Positions 1-9,993 are shown, counted from the first letter of the stretch. The stretch: DNA of 64,000 nucleotides from an uncultured Gemmatimonadaceae bacterium (GCA_963829055.1 CAWHHI010000012.1:416001-480000); one strand, 5' to 3'. Notes: generated by a model not told the origin, from the sequence alone. A program made the numbers and translations.

Positions 1-1638
1 GTTGTCGGAGAGAAACAGATAGCCTTTGCGCAGCCCCTCGCGCACGATGGCGTCGAGCGAGTCTCGCTCGCTTGCCGCCGGGAACGTTCCGTACGCCCAG
101 TGCACTGCCCACACGTCATAGGGGCCCGGGCCGCGGTCATAGGCGGCGCTCAGGTCGATCTGACCGGCGGCGTTGAGCCTAACGCGCGGTGCCGGATAGT
201 CCATGACTGACCCGCGCTCGTACGTGCTGGCGATGTAGTTGTGCGCCATGCCGATCGTGTGGCCGATCTCGTGGGCCGTCACCTGACGGATGCGCGCGAG
301 AATGAACGCGGTGTCCGCGGCCGCCGGCGCAGCGCCCACCAGGGCCGCGTAGATGTTGTAGTCGGTGCGATTGCGATGCGAGTCCATGTGGGCGACACCC
401 TTGATGATCTGCCCGGTGCGTGGATCGCCCTGCGAGCCACCGAACGACCAGCCGCGTTCGTTGCGGTTCACCCACATCACCGCGTTATAGCGAGCGTCCA
501 TCGGGTCGGCGTCGGCAGGTAGCATCTCCACGCGGAACCCTCCGCGAAGTCCGGCCTGGTTGAACGCCTCCTCCCAGAACCGAGCCCCCTGCACCGTCGC
601 GGTCCGCAACGGTTCAGGAATGCCCGGGTCGATGTAATAGATGATGGGCTTCCGGAACCCGCTGTTCGGATCGTTAGGGTTCGTGCGCTCGAGTCGGTGG
701 CGCGAGATCCAGCGCTGCTCGAGCGAGCCCTGGATCGGCTGTGAGTAATCCTTGAATGTGATACCGAAGAATCCGACGCGCGGATCGAGCACGCGCGGCC
801 GGTAGCCCGCGTCAGGCAACTGCACGAACGAGATGTGTTGTCGCAGCGTAAACGCGCGGCCGTCAGGCACGATGGATGAGACGGTGCCGCCGGGCCTGCC
901 CTGCGCCGCGAACGTCAGCGCGACGTCGATCTCCGTGTTCTCGGGAAATGCTTTCGTGTGGGCCCGGTCGATGCTCGAGCGGTCGCGCGCGAAGGAGTAG
1001 TTGCCCTCGTTGCTCCCCGCGAGCGTCCCACTGATGTCGAGCCAATCGCGGTACACGAAGTCGGTCGCGTCGACCAGCAGGCGACCGCCCTCGACGGCGA
1101 GCAGCGGCAGCGCCGCAACGGTGCTCGCTGGAAACGACTCGGCCACGGTCTTCGCCAGGCCGGCGTCGCTCTGCGACGTACCGCGATAGCTCCAGTTCTC
1201 GAAGACCACCAGGACGTGGTCGCCGTTGCGGTCGAAGCGGGCAACCTGGTCGGGCCCGTTGGCGCCGCGGTCGATGCCGATCGGATTGGAGCCGAGCCCG
1301 GTGGATTGCAGGAAGAACGCGAGCACGCGCAACGAGTCGCGCGGGATCTCGAGAAAGAGTCGCCCCTGACGATCGTCGAGATAGATCGGGATGAGACCGT
1401 CGCGGCGCTCCATACCCGTTGTCCGCGAGGCAATGCTGGTCGCGATCGGTGCGGCCTGCCCCGATCCCCCGCCGCTGCCCGCCGGAGCGTTAGGCGACCC
1501 GCCACCCTGGGGAGCGGCGGTCTCCGGCACGCGCGCCGGAGCAGGCGTGGGTGACGGGGTCGCGGACTTGCACCCCGCGATGATCAGCGTCGCGATGATG
1601 AGCGTCGCGACGGCCCCGAGCGAACGAGCTGCACGCAT
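1..1638 (-). CDS. Zinc-dependent metalloprotease lipoprotein (DUF5117/DUF4953-type), 3' end outside window
   Basis: Hand translation from ATG 1638 (not in the ORF track because there is no stop in the window): lipobox-like LIIAGC, PRVLDPRVGFF, KPIIYYIDP, DPRTGQIIKG, metzincin motif HEIGHTIGMAHN, SVMDY. Confidence 0.9.
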   Translation of the reverse strand, partial: MRAARSLGAVATLIIATLIIAGCKSATPSPTPAPARVPETAAPQGGGSPNAPAGSGGGSGQAAPIATSIASRTTGMERRDGLIPIYLDDRQGRLFLEIPRDSLRVLAFFLQSTGLGSNPIGIDRGANGPDQVARFDRNGDHVLVVFENWSYRGTSQSDAGLAKTVAESFPASTVAALPLLAVEGGRLLVDATDFVYRDWLDISGTLAGSNEGNYSFARDRSSIDRAHTKAFPENTEIDVALTFAAQGRPGGTVSSIVPDGRAFTLRQHISFVQLPDAGYRPRVLDPRVGFFGITFKDYSQPIQGSLEQRWISRHRLERTNPNDPNSGFRKPIIYYIDPGIPEPLRTATVQGARFWEEAFNQAGLRGGFRVEMLPADADPMDARYNAVMWVNRNERGWSFGGSQGDPRTGQIIKGVAHMDSHRNRTDYNIYAALVGAAPAAADTAFILARIRQVTAHEIGHTIGMAHNYIASTYERGSVMDYPAPRVRLNAAGQIDLSAAYDRGPGPYDVWAVHWAYGTFPAASERDSLDAIVREGLRKGYLFLSDN

Positions 1639-1758
1639 GTGGTCGGTGTGTGTCGGTCAATGAAGGGAGGTATCGTGAGCGACGGCGAATGTCTGCCCGG
1701 TGCTGGGCGGGCGCAAGCGAGTGGTCGCGGTTAACTGGGAGTTTCCGTTAGAGCAGAA

Positions 1759-2028
1759 CTGCTTCGACACACATCCAGAATCGAGAGTGTGAACGGAAAC
1801 ACCCGGAAACACCTGAAACGGCCCGATCCGATCGCGACCCGGACAGATCGTGGAGCGGCGCTCATCGAAAAGGGAACGGCTTCGTGAGACCATGCGTCGC
1901 CGAGCCGTCCCCCTTTCAATGGCGGCTCATTGCGTCGTCGCCTGTGCCGTCATGCGACCGATCCGCCCGATCCGCTGTTTCCGGCCGTTTCGGCCAGCAC
2001 GCTGGGTTCTGGATGCTTGTCGAAGCAG
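1759..2028. repeat. About 270-bp imperfect palindrome (long hairpin); candidate structured RNA or MITE-like relic
   Basis: 1759-1782 CTGCTTCGACACACATCCAGAATC vs reverse complement of 2005-2028 CTGCTTCGACAAGCATCCAGAACC; matching continues inward (CCGGAAACA; GAAAAGGGAACGGCT/AGCCGTCCCCCTTTC) to a loop at about 1883-1901. Confidence 0.8.
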
Positions 2029-2089
2029 GGCTCGGGATCTTCGGTGGTGATTGCTGCTTGTGTTCCAGCATCCAGCGACCGAAATCGGC

Positions 2090-2332
2090 CTACCGCCTGA
2101 GCATGTCCCGCAGGACGATCAGGATCAGGACGATCGCGATGATGCTGAAGCAGATCGACGATATGCTCCAGCCGACGCCTGGTCGCGAAGCGGCGGCGAC
2201 GCTGAGACCGAGCGCTCCGATCGCGATCGCGAGCGGAGACACCCAGGCAGGAATGCGAGAGCGCTCTCGGCGCGACGCCAGCCACAGCAGTGCCGCGCCA
2301 ATGAGGAGAGTTGCCGCCAACGCCAGTCGCAC
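2090..2332 (-). CDS. Small hypothetical membrane protein (about 3 TM)
   Basis: 80-aa ORF with three hydrophobic stretches, co-oriented with its neighbours. Confidence 0.6.
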   Translation of the reverse strand: MRLALAATLLIGAALLWLASRRERSRIPAWVSPLAIAIGALGLSVAAASRPGVGWSISSICFSIIAIVLILIVLRDMLRR

Positions 2333-2374
2333 CTGACCGCCCCCGCTCGTGAAGCCGTGTCGCGATCGCTGGCG

Positions 2375-3082
2375 CTAGTTCGCGTCGGCGATGATCGACA
2401 GTGCGGTCGGTAGACCGCCGCCGGGCGCGTCCGTCAGCAGCAACGTGCGCACCGAGCCGCTGGCGAGCGTGAGATTACCGGAATCGACGATCACAGTACC
2501 GGACGCACCAAGCCGCGTGACGCGAACGCGGTAGGTTCCCGGCATCACCGCGGCGTAGTCAGAGGAGGCCGCGAAGACGAGGAGCGGGATGACAGGCGTC
2601 GCGGACGAGAGATCCGTTGTCGGCGCGGTCACGTACACCGAGACCGGTCCCGGAGCGGCGGCGACATGGACGATGCGGAGCGTCGCCTGGCCCGCGGGTG
2701 CCGTCGGGTTGTCGGCAATGAACAGCGCGCCGAACTGCCCGAGGCCGGGCGCCGGAATCAGGCTGAACGCGCCCTGGCTGTTGAGGTCTCGCGTGAAGTC
2801 GACGAGCGTCGTGCCGGTGTTGGTGGCCTGTGCCTGCAGACGGTGCGACCCCAGCGTCACCGGGACGTAGGGTGACGCCGAACCGAAGCCGACCGCCGAT
2901 GATGCCACCTGTGCGTCGACAACGAACGACAGGGACGGCGAAGTCGTGAGCGCATTCAGCAGCCGTACGCTGACACCGTCCACGGGGCCAGTGACCAGCA
3001 CACCACTCGCGCGCCCATCGCAGGCGACCGACGTGGCAACAAGCAGCAGAGCGGAGACGGTCGTACGGAGTCGACGGCGCAT
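2375..3082 (-). CDS. DUF4397 domain lipoprotein
   Basis: Signal peptide ending VACD; VRLLNA and LRIVHVAAAPGPVSVYV modules; GTYRVRVT. Confidence 0.85.
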   Translation of the reverse strand: MRRRLRTTVSALLLVATSVACDGRASGVLVTGPVDGVSVRLLNALTTSPSLSFVVDAQVASSAVGFGSASPYVPVTLGSHRLQAQATNTGTTLVDFTRDLNSQGAFSLIPAPGLGQFGALFIADNPTAPAGQATLRIVHVAAAPGPVSVYVTAPTTDLSSATPVIPLLVFAASSDYAAVMPGTYRVRVTRLGASGTVIVDSGNLTLASGSVRTLLLTDAPGGGLPTALSIIADAN

Positions 3083-3105
3083 GGGCGGGGTCCTCGCGTG
3101 GGATC

Positions 3106-3177
3106 GGTGCCTGGCTACGAACGCTATCGTGGCGAGTGCCCTCGCGTCGGTGAGCGGACTCACCGGCGCCAGGCACC
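3106..3177 (+). ncRNA. Candidate structured RNA: perfect four-way helical junction
   Basis: 10-bp closing stem GGTGCCTGGC/GCCAGGCACC encloses three abutting hairpins with no unpaired junction nucleotides; two G-U pairs favour the + strand. Confidence 0.45.
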
Positions 3178-3239
3178 CAATCGCTGACCCTCCACGCTCG
3201 ACCGGCCACCCCGACCAAGGCCGATCAACTGGCGATCCC

Positions 3240-3614
3240 TTACGCTTGTTCGTTGCCGTTGAGGGAACGCGGGTCCGCGGGCGCGACGTCCGCCCGCGAA
3301 GGCGTGGCCCGGCGCTCAGCCGATTTCTCCGCTGAGTCGAGCGAGTCACCGACATTTGCAACACGATGCTGTGCCGACCTGAACCGTGCAACCACCGTGC
3401 TCGCGCGATCGAGTAGCGACTCGAGTTGCATCGGGCTGAGCCCGCGCCAGTCGTCCGGGTAGTGCCACAGCCGCCTAACCTCGAGATCACTCTCGAATCG
3501 CAACCAGGTCGTTCCCGGCGGAACGACCGCCGCGATCGACCGCGCCTCTTCGGCGCCATCTTCCCTAACGATCCAAACCACACCGTCGCTATCGGTGAAT
3601 ACCGTCTTCTCCAT
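3240..3614 (-). CDS. Hypothetical protein
   Basis: 124-aa ORF with GAGGG RBS; protein-like sequence FTDSDGVVWIVRE..WLRFES..RRL..PDDW..LS..L. Confidence 0.75.
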   Translation of the reverse strand: MEKTVFTDSDGVVWIVREDGAEEARSIAAVVPPGTTWLRFESDLEVRRLWHYPDDWRGLSPMQLESLLDRASTVVARFRSAQHRVANVGDSLDSAEKSAERRATPSRADVAPADPRSLNGNEQA

Positions 3615-3788
3615 TCGCCCTCATCTGCACTGAAAATCCGGGTAACCGACTGCAAGTAATCCGCCAACCCGCTCGTACACCCGTCGCTTGCCCGAACGTG
3701 GACGGGCAGACTGACCGATCTTCTCGGGTTGATGACGCCGCCGAGCGACTCCGTGCGGAGATGGCGCGAGGCGATTACATCTCGCGTG

Positions 3789-4046
3789 ATGAGCCAGAAC
3801 GGCGACGACCCAGACTACGATCCCGAAGAGGATTTCCCGCTCGGTGACGGCACAGCTGAAACGGAAGCCACCGTGGTGTGTCCCTACTGCGGCGAGGAAA
3901 ACGAGATCGCACTCGACCCCGGCAGCGGCGCCTCGCAGGAGTACATTGAGGACTGTCAGGTGTGCTGCCGTCCGTGGCGCGTGATGGTATCGTACAACGA
4001 GGAGGGCGACGTGCATGTCGATGTGGAGGCCGCCGACGATGCCTGA
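3789..4046 (+). CDS. CPXCG-motif cysteine-rich (zinc-ribbon) protein
   Basis: CPYCGE...QEYIEDCQVCCRPW. Confidence 0.9.
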   Translation: MSQNGDDPDYDPEEDFPLGDGTAETEATVVCPYCGEENEIALDPGSGASQEYIEDCQVCCRPWRVMVSYNEEGDVHVDVEAADDA

Positions 4047-5046
4047 GACTCGAGAACGCGTGAGAGAGCCTGCGATGTGGCCAGTCGACCTCGACGCGAT
4101 CGCCAGCGCCCGCGAGCGCATCGCGCCGTACGTGCCACCGTCTCCGCTGCGGAGCTACGGCGTGCTCGACGCCGAGGTGGGGGTCGGGATTCGGGTGATG
4201 GTGAAGCACGAGAACTTCAATCCAACGGGATCGTTCAAGGTCCGTAACGCGTTCTCGTTCATGACGGCGCTGAGCCAGGATGAGCGCCGGTACGGCATCG
4301 TCGCGGCCACGCGCGGTAACCACGGGCTCGGACTGGCGTACGCCGGCAGGACGTTCGACGTCCCGGTCACGATCTGTGTCCCGTTAGGCAACAACCCGGA
4401 GAAGAACGCCGGCATGCGCGCGCTCGGCGCGCGTCTCATCGAGGAAGGGCGCGACTACGACGAGTCGCTGGCCGTCGCCGAGCGTATCGTGCGCGACGAA
4501 GGTGCACGGCTCGCCCATTCGACGAACGACGCCCGCATCATCGCTGGCGCGGGCACCATGTCACTGGAAATGGCGGAGCAGGATCCGACGCTCGACGCCA
4601 TCGTGATATCAGTGGGCGGAGGATCGCAGGCCGTCGGCGCGATGGCGGTGATGCGCGCGCTCCGCCCGAACGTCCGTGTGTACGGGGTGCAGGCGGCCGG
4701 TGCGCCCGCGACGCACGACTCGTGGCACGCGGGCGTGCCGCAGACGACCGACCGCGCGGTGACCATCGCCGACGGGCTGGCGACGCGCAGCACGTACGAG
4801 CTGACGTTCCCTGCCCTCCGCGAGGGACTCGCCGACTTCATCACGGTGACCGAGGCCGAGATCGCGAGCGCGATCCGGCTTCTGCTGCGCACCACGCACT
4901 CGCTCGTCGAAGGCGCTGGCGCGACGGGAATGGCGGGGCTGCTGGCGCTGCGCGAGCGACTCGCGGGCCAGCGCGTCGCCGTCGTGATCAGTGGCGGAAA
5001 CATCGATGCGCAGACGCTGCGTCGGGTCGTGACCCAGGAGATCTGA
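4039..5046 (+). CDS. PLP-dependent threonine/serine dehydratase family enzyme (no ACT domain)
   Basis: KHENFNPTGSFKVRN, TRGNHG, VGGGS, EGAGA, SGGNID; overlaps the stop of the CPXCG gene. Confidence 0.9.
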   Translation: MPETRERVREPAMWPVDLDAIASARERIAPYVPPSPLRSYGVLDAEVGVGIRVMVKHENFNPTGSFKVRNAFSFMTALSQDERRYGIVAATRGNHGLGLAYAGRTFDVPVTICVPLGNNPEKNAGMRALGARLIEEGRDYDESLAVAERIVRDEGARLAHSTNDARIIAGAGTMSLEMAEQDPTLDAIVISVGGGSQAVGAMAVMRALRPNVRVYGVQAAGAPATHDSWHAGVPQTTDRAVTIADGLATRSTYELTFPALREGLADFITVTEAEIASAIRLLLRTTHSLVEGAGATGMAGLLALRERLAGQRVAVVISGGNIDAQTLRRVVTQEI

Positions 5047-5059
5047 TCGCGGCAGCGGT

Positions 5060-5196
5060 CGTCATTCCGAGCGGAGGCCGGAGGCGCGGAGTCGAGGAAT
5101 CGTTGACGTCCCGGTAGAGAGCCCTCTACGGGGAGAGCAAGGATTCCTCATCGCCCACGTTCGGTGGGCTCCCGGCTCCGCTCGCTCGGAATGACG
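5060..5196. repeat. Palindromic intergenic element (GTCAT..ATGAC family), copy 1
   Basis: Terminal IR GTCATTCCGAGCG/CGCTCGGAATGAC; inner GAGGAATC/GATTCCTC; shares GGAGTCGAGGAATCG and GAGAGCCCTCTAC with the copy at 59448. Confidence 0.9.
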
Positions 5197-5204
5197 GCCC
5201 TGCG

Positions 5205-5876
5205 CTAGTTGGCGACGGGCGTGCCGCCGACGCCTCCGCCAGCAACGCCTAACGCGACCAGGCGGCAGATCTCGGGGGCGATCGCCGAGAGCGGAAGCAC
5301 GAACGAGACCGCCCCGGACTCGATTGCCTCGCGCGGCATGCTGAAGAACTGCGAGCTCGCCTCGTCCTGTGCGATGACGACCCCGCCATGCCGATGAACG
5401 ACCGGAACCCCGTCCGAGCCGTCGTTCCCGGTCCCCGTGAGAATGATCGCCAGCGTGCGCGATCCAAACGCCTGCGCCGCCGATGCGAACAACATGTCCA
5501 CGGACGGGCGGGAGTAGTGGATCCGCGGCGATTGCACGAGCAGGAGGGTACCGTCGGCTTTGAAGACCACGTGGTGATTCGGCGGAGCGACGTGCACCGT
5601 GCCAGCCTCGAGCCGGCCTCCGTCCACTGCCCACTGGACGCGCAGCCGCGTGCGCCGCGCGAGCACATCCACGAGCAGGCTCGGACGATCCGGACTCAGA
5701 TGCAGCACGAGCACCACCGGCACCGGAAACGCGCTCGGCAAGCCATCGAGCAGCGCGGCCACCGCGGACAGACCACCGGCTGACGTACCTATCACCACGA
5801 CATCGAACGCTGGCGAGGCACCGCCGGTCGGCGTCCGTGCATCGGCCGCTCCCGGTCGTACCCGTTGCGGGATCAC
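5205..5876 (-). CDS. cheB: Stand-alone CheB-type methylesterase
   Basis: IGTSAGG, LHL, VAPPNHH, RPSVDMLF, LTGTGNDG, AQDEASS..SMP; Ser-His-Asp triad motifs intact; no receiver domain. Confidence 0.9.
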   Translation of the reverse strand: MIPQRVRPGAADARTPTGGASPAFDVVVIGTSAGGLSAVAALLDGLPSAFPVPVVLVLHLSPDRPSLLVDVLARRTRLRVQWAVDGGRLEAGTVHVAPPNHHVVFKADGTLLLVQSPRIHYSRPSVDMLFASAAQAFGSRTLAIILTGTGNDGSDGVPVVHRHGGVVIAQDEASSQFFSMPREAIESGAVSFVLPLSAIAPEICRLVALGVAGGGVGGTPVAN

Positions 5877-5898
5877 AGGCTGCTCGATTCACGAGGAC

Positions 5899-5971
5899 CC
5901 GGCGCCACGCGCCGGTACAAAGTGCCGGCGCCACGCGCCGGTACAAAGTGCCGGCGCCACGCGCCGGTACA
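5899..5971. repeat. 26-bp tandem repeat x2.8, each unit a hairpin
   Basis: CCGGCGCCACGCGCCGGTACAAAGTG at 5899, 5925 and 5951 (partial); stem CCGGCGC/GCGCCGG with CAC loop. Confidence 0.95.
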
Positions 5972-5996
5972 GCCAGCGCGAGCGCGACGCAGGATG

Positions 5997-7865
5997 CTAC
6001 GATAGCGATGCGTCCGGCGTTGCGCGAGAGAGAGAAAGTTCGAAGGTCGAGCCAACCCCCGGTTCGCTCTCCAGCGTGAGGTCGCCGCCCATCGCGTGCG
6101 CGAGCCCGCGACTGATCGCGAGTCCGAGCCCGACGCCTTCCGACGTCGAACCGCTGCCTCGATGCACCTGCACGAACGGATCGAACACAATCGCCTGCTT
6201 CGAGTGCGGGATGCCAATGCCCGTGTCGTGCACCGCGATCACGATGCGACCCTCGTCGGCGAAACACTTCACCTGCACCGTTCCGCCCGCGGGCGTGAAC
6301 TTCACGGCGTTCGTCAGGAGATTCAGCAGCACCTGCCGCAGCTTGTCGGCGTCGCCCATCGCGATCAGTTCGCCGTCAGCACACTCCACCGTGGTTGCGA
6401 TCGACCGCGCCGTGGCCTGCGGCGCAATGAGTTCGACCATATCCGTGACCGCGTCTCGTACCGACAGCGGTGATACCAGCGCGGCGACGTCGCCTCGCTC
6501 GATTCGGGCAGAGTTGAGCAGCTCGTTGATGAGACCGAGCAGGTGCCGTTCGGCGCGGAGGATGCGGCGAAGGTCCTCCGCTTGCTCCGCCGTGACCGGG
6601 CCGCGCACACCCATTTCGAGCAGCTGCGCGTAGCCGCCGATCGCATTGAGCGGTGTCCGCAGCTCGTGGCTCAGCGTCGCGAGGAACTCGCTCTTCGCGC
6701 GACTCGCTGCTTCCGCAGCAGAGCGCGCGGTGCGTTCGGTGAACAGCGCCCGTTCGCGCGCGTGGGCGCGATGCTCGCTCGTGACATCTTCGTGCGTCAC
6801 GACGGCCATCGGTGGCTCGGGCCCCTCGCACCGCGTCGCACGCAGTGCGTACCACGAGTCGGTCGCGCTGCTCTCGTACTCGGTGTCGGTGCCAACGGCA
6901 TCGGAATAGAGCGCGTCCACCGTCGACTCTTCGCCTTGCAGAACGCGCAGCACCGCCGACTGCGCCACGGCGGCGCCCGTGTGTCCATCGGCGATCGCTC
7001 GCGCGCACAGGTCGAGATAGTTGGAGCCGGCACCTGCCGCGTCGAACAGCCCCGCTGGCGATTCCGCGTCTCGCCATGCTCGGTTCACGGTGACGATCGT
7101 GCCATCGGCCAGGACGACCGCGACGTGCGTCGAGAGCGCGTCGATCGCGGAACGCAGAATCGCGGCGGGAGTGCGCTCCCACACGACGCCGGCACGACGG
7201 TTGGACACGTCGCGAATGAGCCAGCGGAGCCCGGTGACGTTACCGCGAGCGTCGAGCAGCGGACTCGCGGCGACGAGTGCGCGCATCGGCTCTCCGTCCC
7301 GCGGCGTGAGCGCGACGGTCCACGCTTCTTCCGCACCGCTCCACGCGTGCGCGATACACGCGGACACGGAATGCTCGGCGATCGGCCGGCACGACGAACA
7401 CCGCGAGTGGCTTGCCGACGAGGTAGTCAACGGGAAGGTTCAGCAACGCGCCCGCCGTGCGATTGGCCTCGCGGATCACGCCATTCACGTCGGTGATGAT
7501 GTGCCCTTCGGACGCCACCTCGAACAGCTCGCGAAAGCGCTCGCGCTCGGCGTCGAGCAGGTGCCGCGCGTGCTCCAGCTCGACAGCATGCCGGCGCAGT
7601 TGCGCCTGCGCGTTGGCCAATTGCTGCGTCAGGTCGGCGAGCGACGCCGCGAGTGCGGCGGACGTCGACGCAGTCGATGGCGGTGGCAGCGGCAGATCAT
7701 CCGCCTGCCGTCGCGTCCGCTCGTCTGCTCGCGCGCTTCCCGCGCATCGAGCGCGTCGCGCTGTGCGTCGCTCGGCGGCCGCGCCTGCTGCTCCGGCCCC
7801 CGCATGCCGTGCGGCACCTCGACATCGGGGTGTCGGTCGTTCGCCTGGAATCGGTCAATCGCCAT
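5997..7865 (-). CDS. PAS-PAS sensor histidine kinase (frameshifted in the 5' part)
   Basis: [45 protein letters not shown] segments split over ORFs 7629-7865, 7240-7620 and 5997-7430. Confidence 0.9.
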
Positions 7866-7945
7866 CTAGCCCTCGCTCACACCAGCCGTCGCGTCCGCTC
7901 GTCCGATCGTGCCTAACGCGACCAATCCGGCGTTCCGGATCACTG

Positions 7946-7974
7946 CGGTCACCCGTCGGTCACCCGTCGGTCAC
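7946..7974. repeat. 11-bp tandem repeat x2.6 across the cheR stop
   Basis: CGGTCACCCGT CGGTCACCCGT CGGTCAC. Confidence 0.85.
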
Positions 7975-9849
7975 GGGCTGCGGCGACGCACCCACCGCCA
8001 TCGATCGTGCGCCCGCTTCCTCCATCACGACAATCACGCCGCGGACCTCGGCGCTGCCCGACCGGCGCAGCGGGCTGCACGTCACCTCGCATACCATCGG
8101 TTTTCCGCGGCGGTTGATCGCATCGAGCACCGTCACTTCGCCGTCGGACTCTCCCGTCAGACACGATCGGATCGCCTTCGCGAGCGACTGCACGGGCAGG
8201 CCAATGTCGAGCATCATGAAATGTACGCCGCGAACCTCGCTGTCCCGCATGCCCCACAGGTCGAACGCCCTCTCGTTCCAGACTTCGACGCGCAGGTCGC
8301 TATCGAGCACCGCGACACCACCGCGCAGGCTCGCCAGGATCGCTTCCATGAAGTCGTTCACGTCATTCAATTCGTCGCTGCGGTGGCGCAGCTCGTCGTT
8401 GATGGTCGTCAGCTCCTCGTTCGTCGACTGCAGCTCCTCGTTCATTGTCTCGAGCTCTTCGTTCGTCGACTGGAGCTCCTCGTTCGTGGTCTCGAGCTCC
8501 TCGACGGTCGACTGCAGTTCTTCGTTCGTGGTCTCGAGCTCTTCGTTCGTGGACTGCAACTCCTCGTACGCACGCTCGAGCTCGGCGTTCGACGTCTCCA
8601 GTTCGCGGTGAAGCTGCCGGAAGGCGGTGACGTCATCGAAGCTGATGGCGACACCGAGCATGTGCGCACCGCCGGTGATCGGCGTCGCCTGGACGTCGAG
8701 CCACCGCGTCTCGCCGCCACGGAACGGCCACTCGACGTTGCGAACGACGAGCGGTTTCCGGCTCACAGACGCCTGGTCGATCATCGATCGCAGGTCCGTC
8801 GGCCGGTACGAGAGCTCGAGATCCTGAAACGGTCGTCCGAAGTCGACGCTGCCGAGATTGAACAGCGATCGCGCATGGTCGTTCGCGCCGACGAGCTGCC
8901 CTTTCGCGTCGACAATGATCTGCGCCAGGGGACTCGCGTCCCATGATGTCTCTCGCAAGCGAACCTCCGATGGTACCGGCTCCGAGGCCGGGCCTTGCGC
9001 GGCAACCGCCGCCAGGACGCGGTTCCGACGGTTCGGCTTGGGAACCTTCATGAAAATGCGCCGCTTGAGATCGACCGGTGCGAAGAATTCACTGTGCGAC
9101 AGCAGCGTTTCCGCACGACCGAGCAACAGGTAGCCGGTGTCGCTGAGCGCGAAGTGAAACCGCGCGAGAATCTTCGCTTGCGTTGCCGCGTTGAAGTACA
9201 TGAGCGTGTTGCGGCACACGAGCACGTCGATACGCGAGATCGGCGCATCCTGTACGAGATCGTTGCGACCGAAGATCACGTGGCGGCGCAGGTCCTTCCG
9301 GAAACAGCGCCGGCCATCCACGCGTTCGAAGTACTTCTCGAGCAACTCAGGCGCTATCCCCTCCGTCTGCTTGGCGTCATACGTCGCGTGGCGTCCGACG
9401 GTGAGCGCGTGCTCGTCGACGTCGGTCGCATAGATCTTCACACGCGAGCGAAACGCGTCGTAGCCGAGCGCCTCGGCGAGGACCATGGCGAGCGTGTACG
9501 CCTCCTCGCCCGATGCACACCCGGCGCTCCAGACGCGAATTGGTTCACCCTCCTGCTTGGCCTCGAGGATGCGGGGCACGATGTCGGTCCCCAGCGCCGT
9601 CCATGGCACCTCGTCGCGGAAAAACGCGGTCACGTTGATCAGCACCGTGTTGAAGAGGTGATCGTACTCGGCCGGATTCTCCTCGAGGAAGCGCGCGAAC
9701 TCGCCGTAGTTCATCACGCCGACGGCCTGCATCCGCTTGTCGATGCGCCTCGTTAGGCTCGCCCGCTTGTAGCCGGTGAAGTCGAAGCCGCGCGTGCGCT
9801 TGAGCAGATCGAGAAGCTCGTCGAAGTCGCTCGTACTCTCTGTCGTCAA
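7960..9849 (-). CDS. cheR: CheR-family methyltransferase with PAS, EELQSTN coiled coil and second PAS
   Basis: LINVTAFFRD, RVWSAGCASGEEAYT, IYATDVD, CRNTLMYF, repeated EELQSTN/EELETTN heptads; intact 629-aa ORF. Confidence 0.93.
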   Translation of the reverse strand: MTTESTSDFDELLDLLKRTRGFDFTGYKRASLTRRIDKRMQAVGVMNYGEFARFLEENPAEYDHLFNTVLINVTAFFRDEVPWTALGTDIVPRILEAKQEGEPIRVWSAGCASGEEAYTLAMVLAEALGYDAFRSRVKIYATDVDEHALTVGRHATYDAKQTEGIAPELLEKYFERVDGRRCFRKDLRRHVIFGRNDLVQDAPISRIDVLVCRNTLMYFNAATQAKILARFHFALSDTGYLLLGRAETLLSHSEFFAPVDLKRRIFMKVPKPNRRNRVLAAVAAQGPASEPVPSEVRLRETSWDASPLAQIIVDAKGQLVGANDHARSLFNLGSVDFGRPFQDLELSYRPTDLRSMIDQASVSRKPLVVRNVEWPFRGGETRWLDVQATPITGGAHMLGVAISFDDVTAFRQLHRELETSNAELERAYEELQSTNEELETTNEELQSTVEELETTNEELQSTNEELETMNEELQSTNEELTTINDELRHRSDELNDVNDFMEAILASLRGGVAVLDSDLRVEVWNERAFDLWGMRDSEVRGVHFMMLDIGLPVQSLAKAIRSCLTGESDGEVTVLDAINRRGKPMVCEVTCSPLRRSGSAEVRGVIVVMEEAGARSMAVGASPQPVTDG

Positions 9850-9993
9850 TGCGGTTGCGGTAGCTGGGAAAGGGCAGCTTCCTGGAACGCTGGTGTGCCC
9901 ATGACGTCGTCGACGTCGATACGACGAATTGAGACCGCGTGGCGCGATTCGACAAGCCCCTGTGCGGTGCCGCGGTCCGAGCGCCCCGCGCCC

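Noticed and set aside
3106..3180. tRNA or 5S rRNA (cloverleaf shape; TGCCTGG..CCAGGCA ends followed by CCCA)
   Set aside because: No D-loop, T-loop or 7-nt anticodon loop, and too short for 5S with none of its internal motifs; kept only as an unknown structure
5899..5971. Palindromic 26-bp repeats as a mini CRISPR array
   Set aside because: Units are directly adjacent with no unique spacers, and there are no cas genes in the window
8380..8600. 21-bp periodic DNA repeats
   Set aside because: Fully explained by the EELQSTN/EELETTN coiled-coil heptads of CheR
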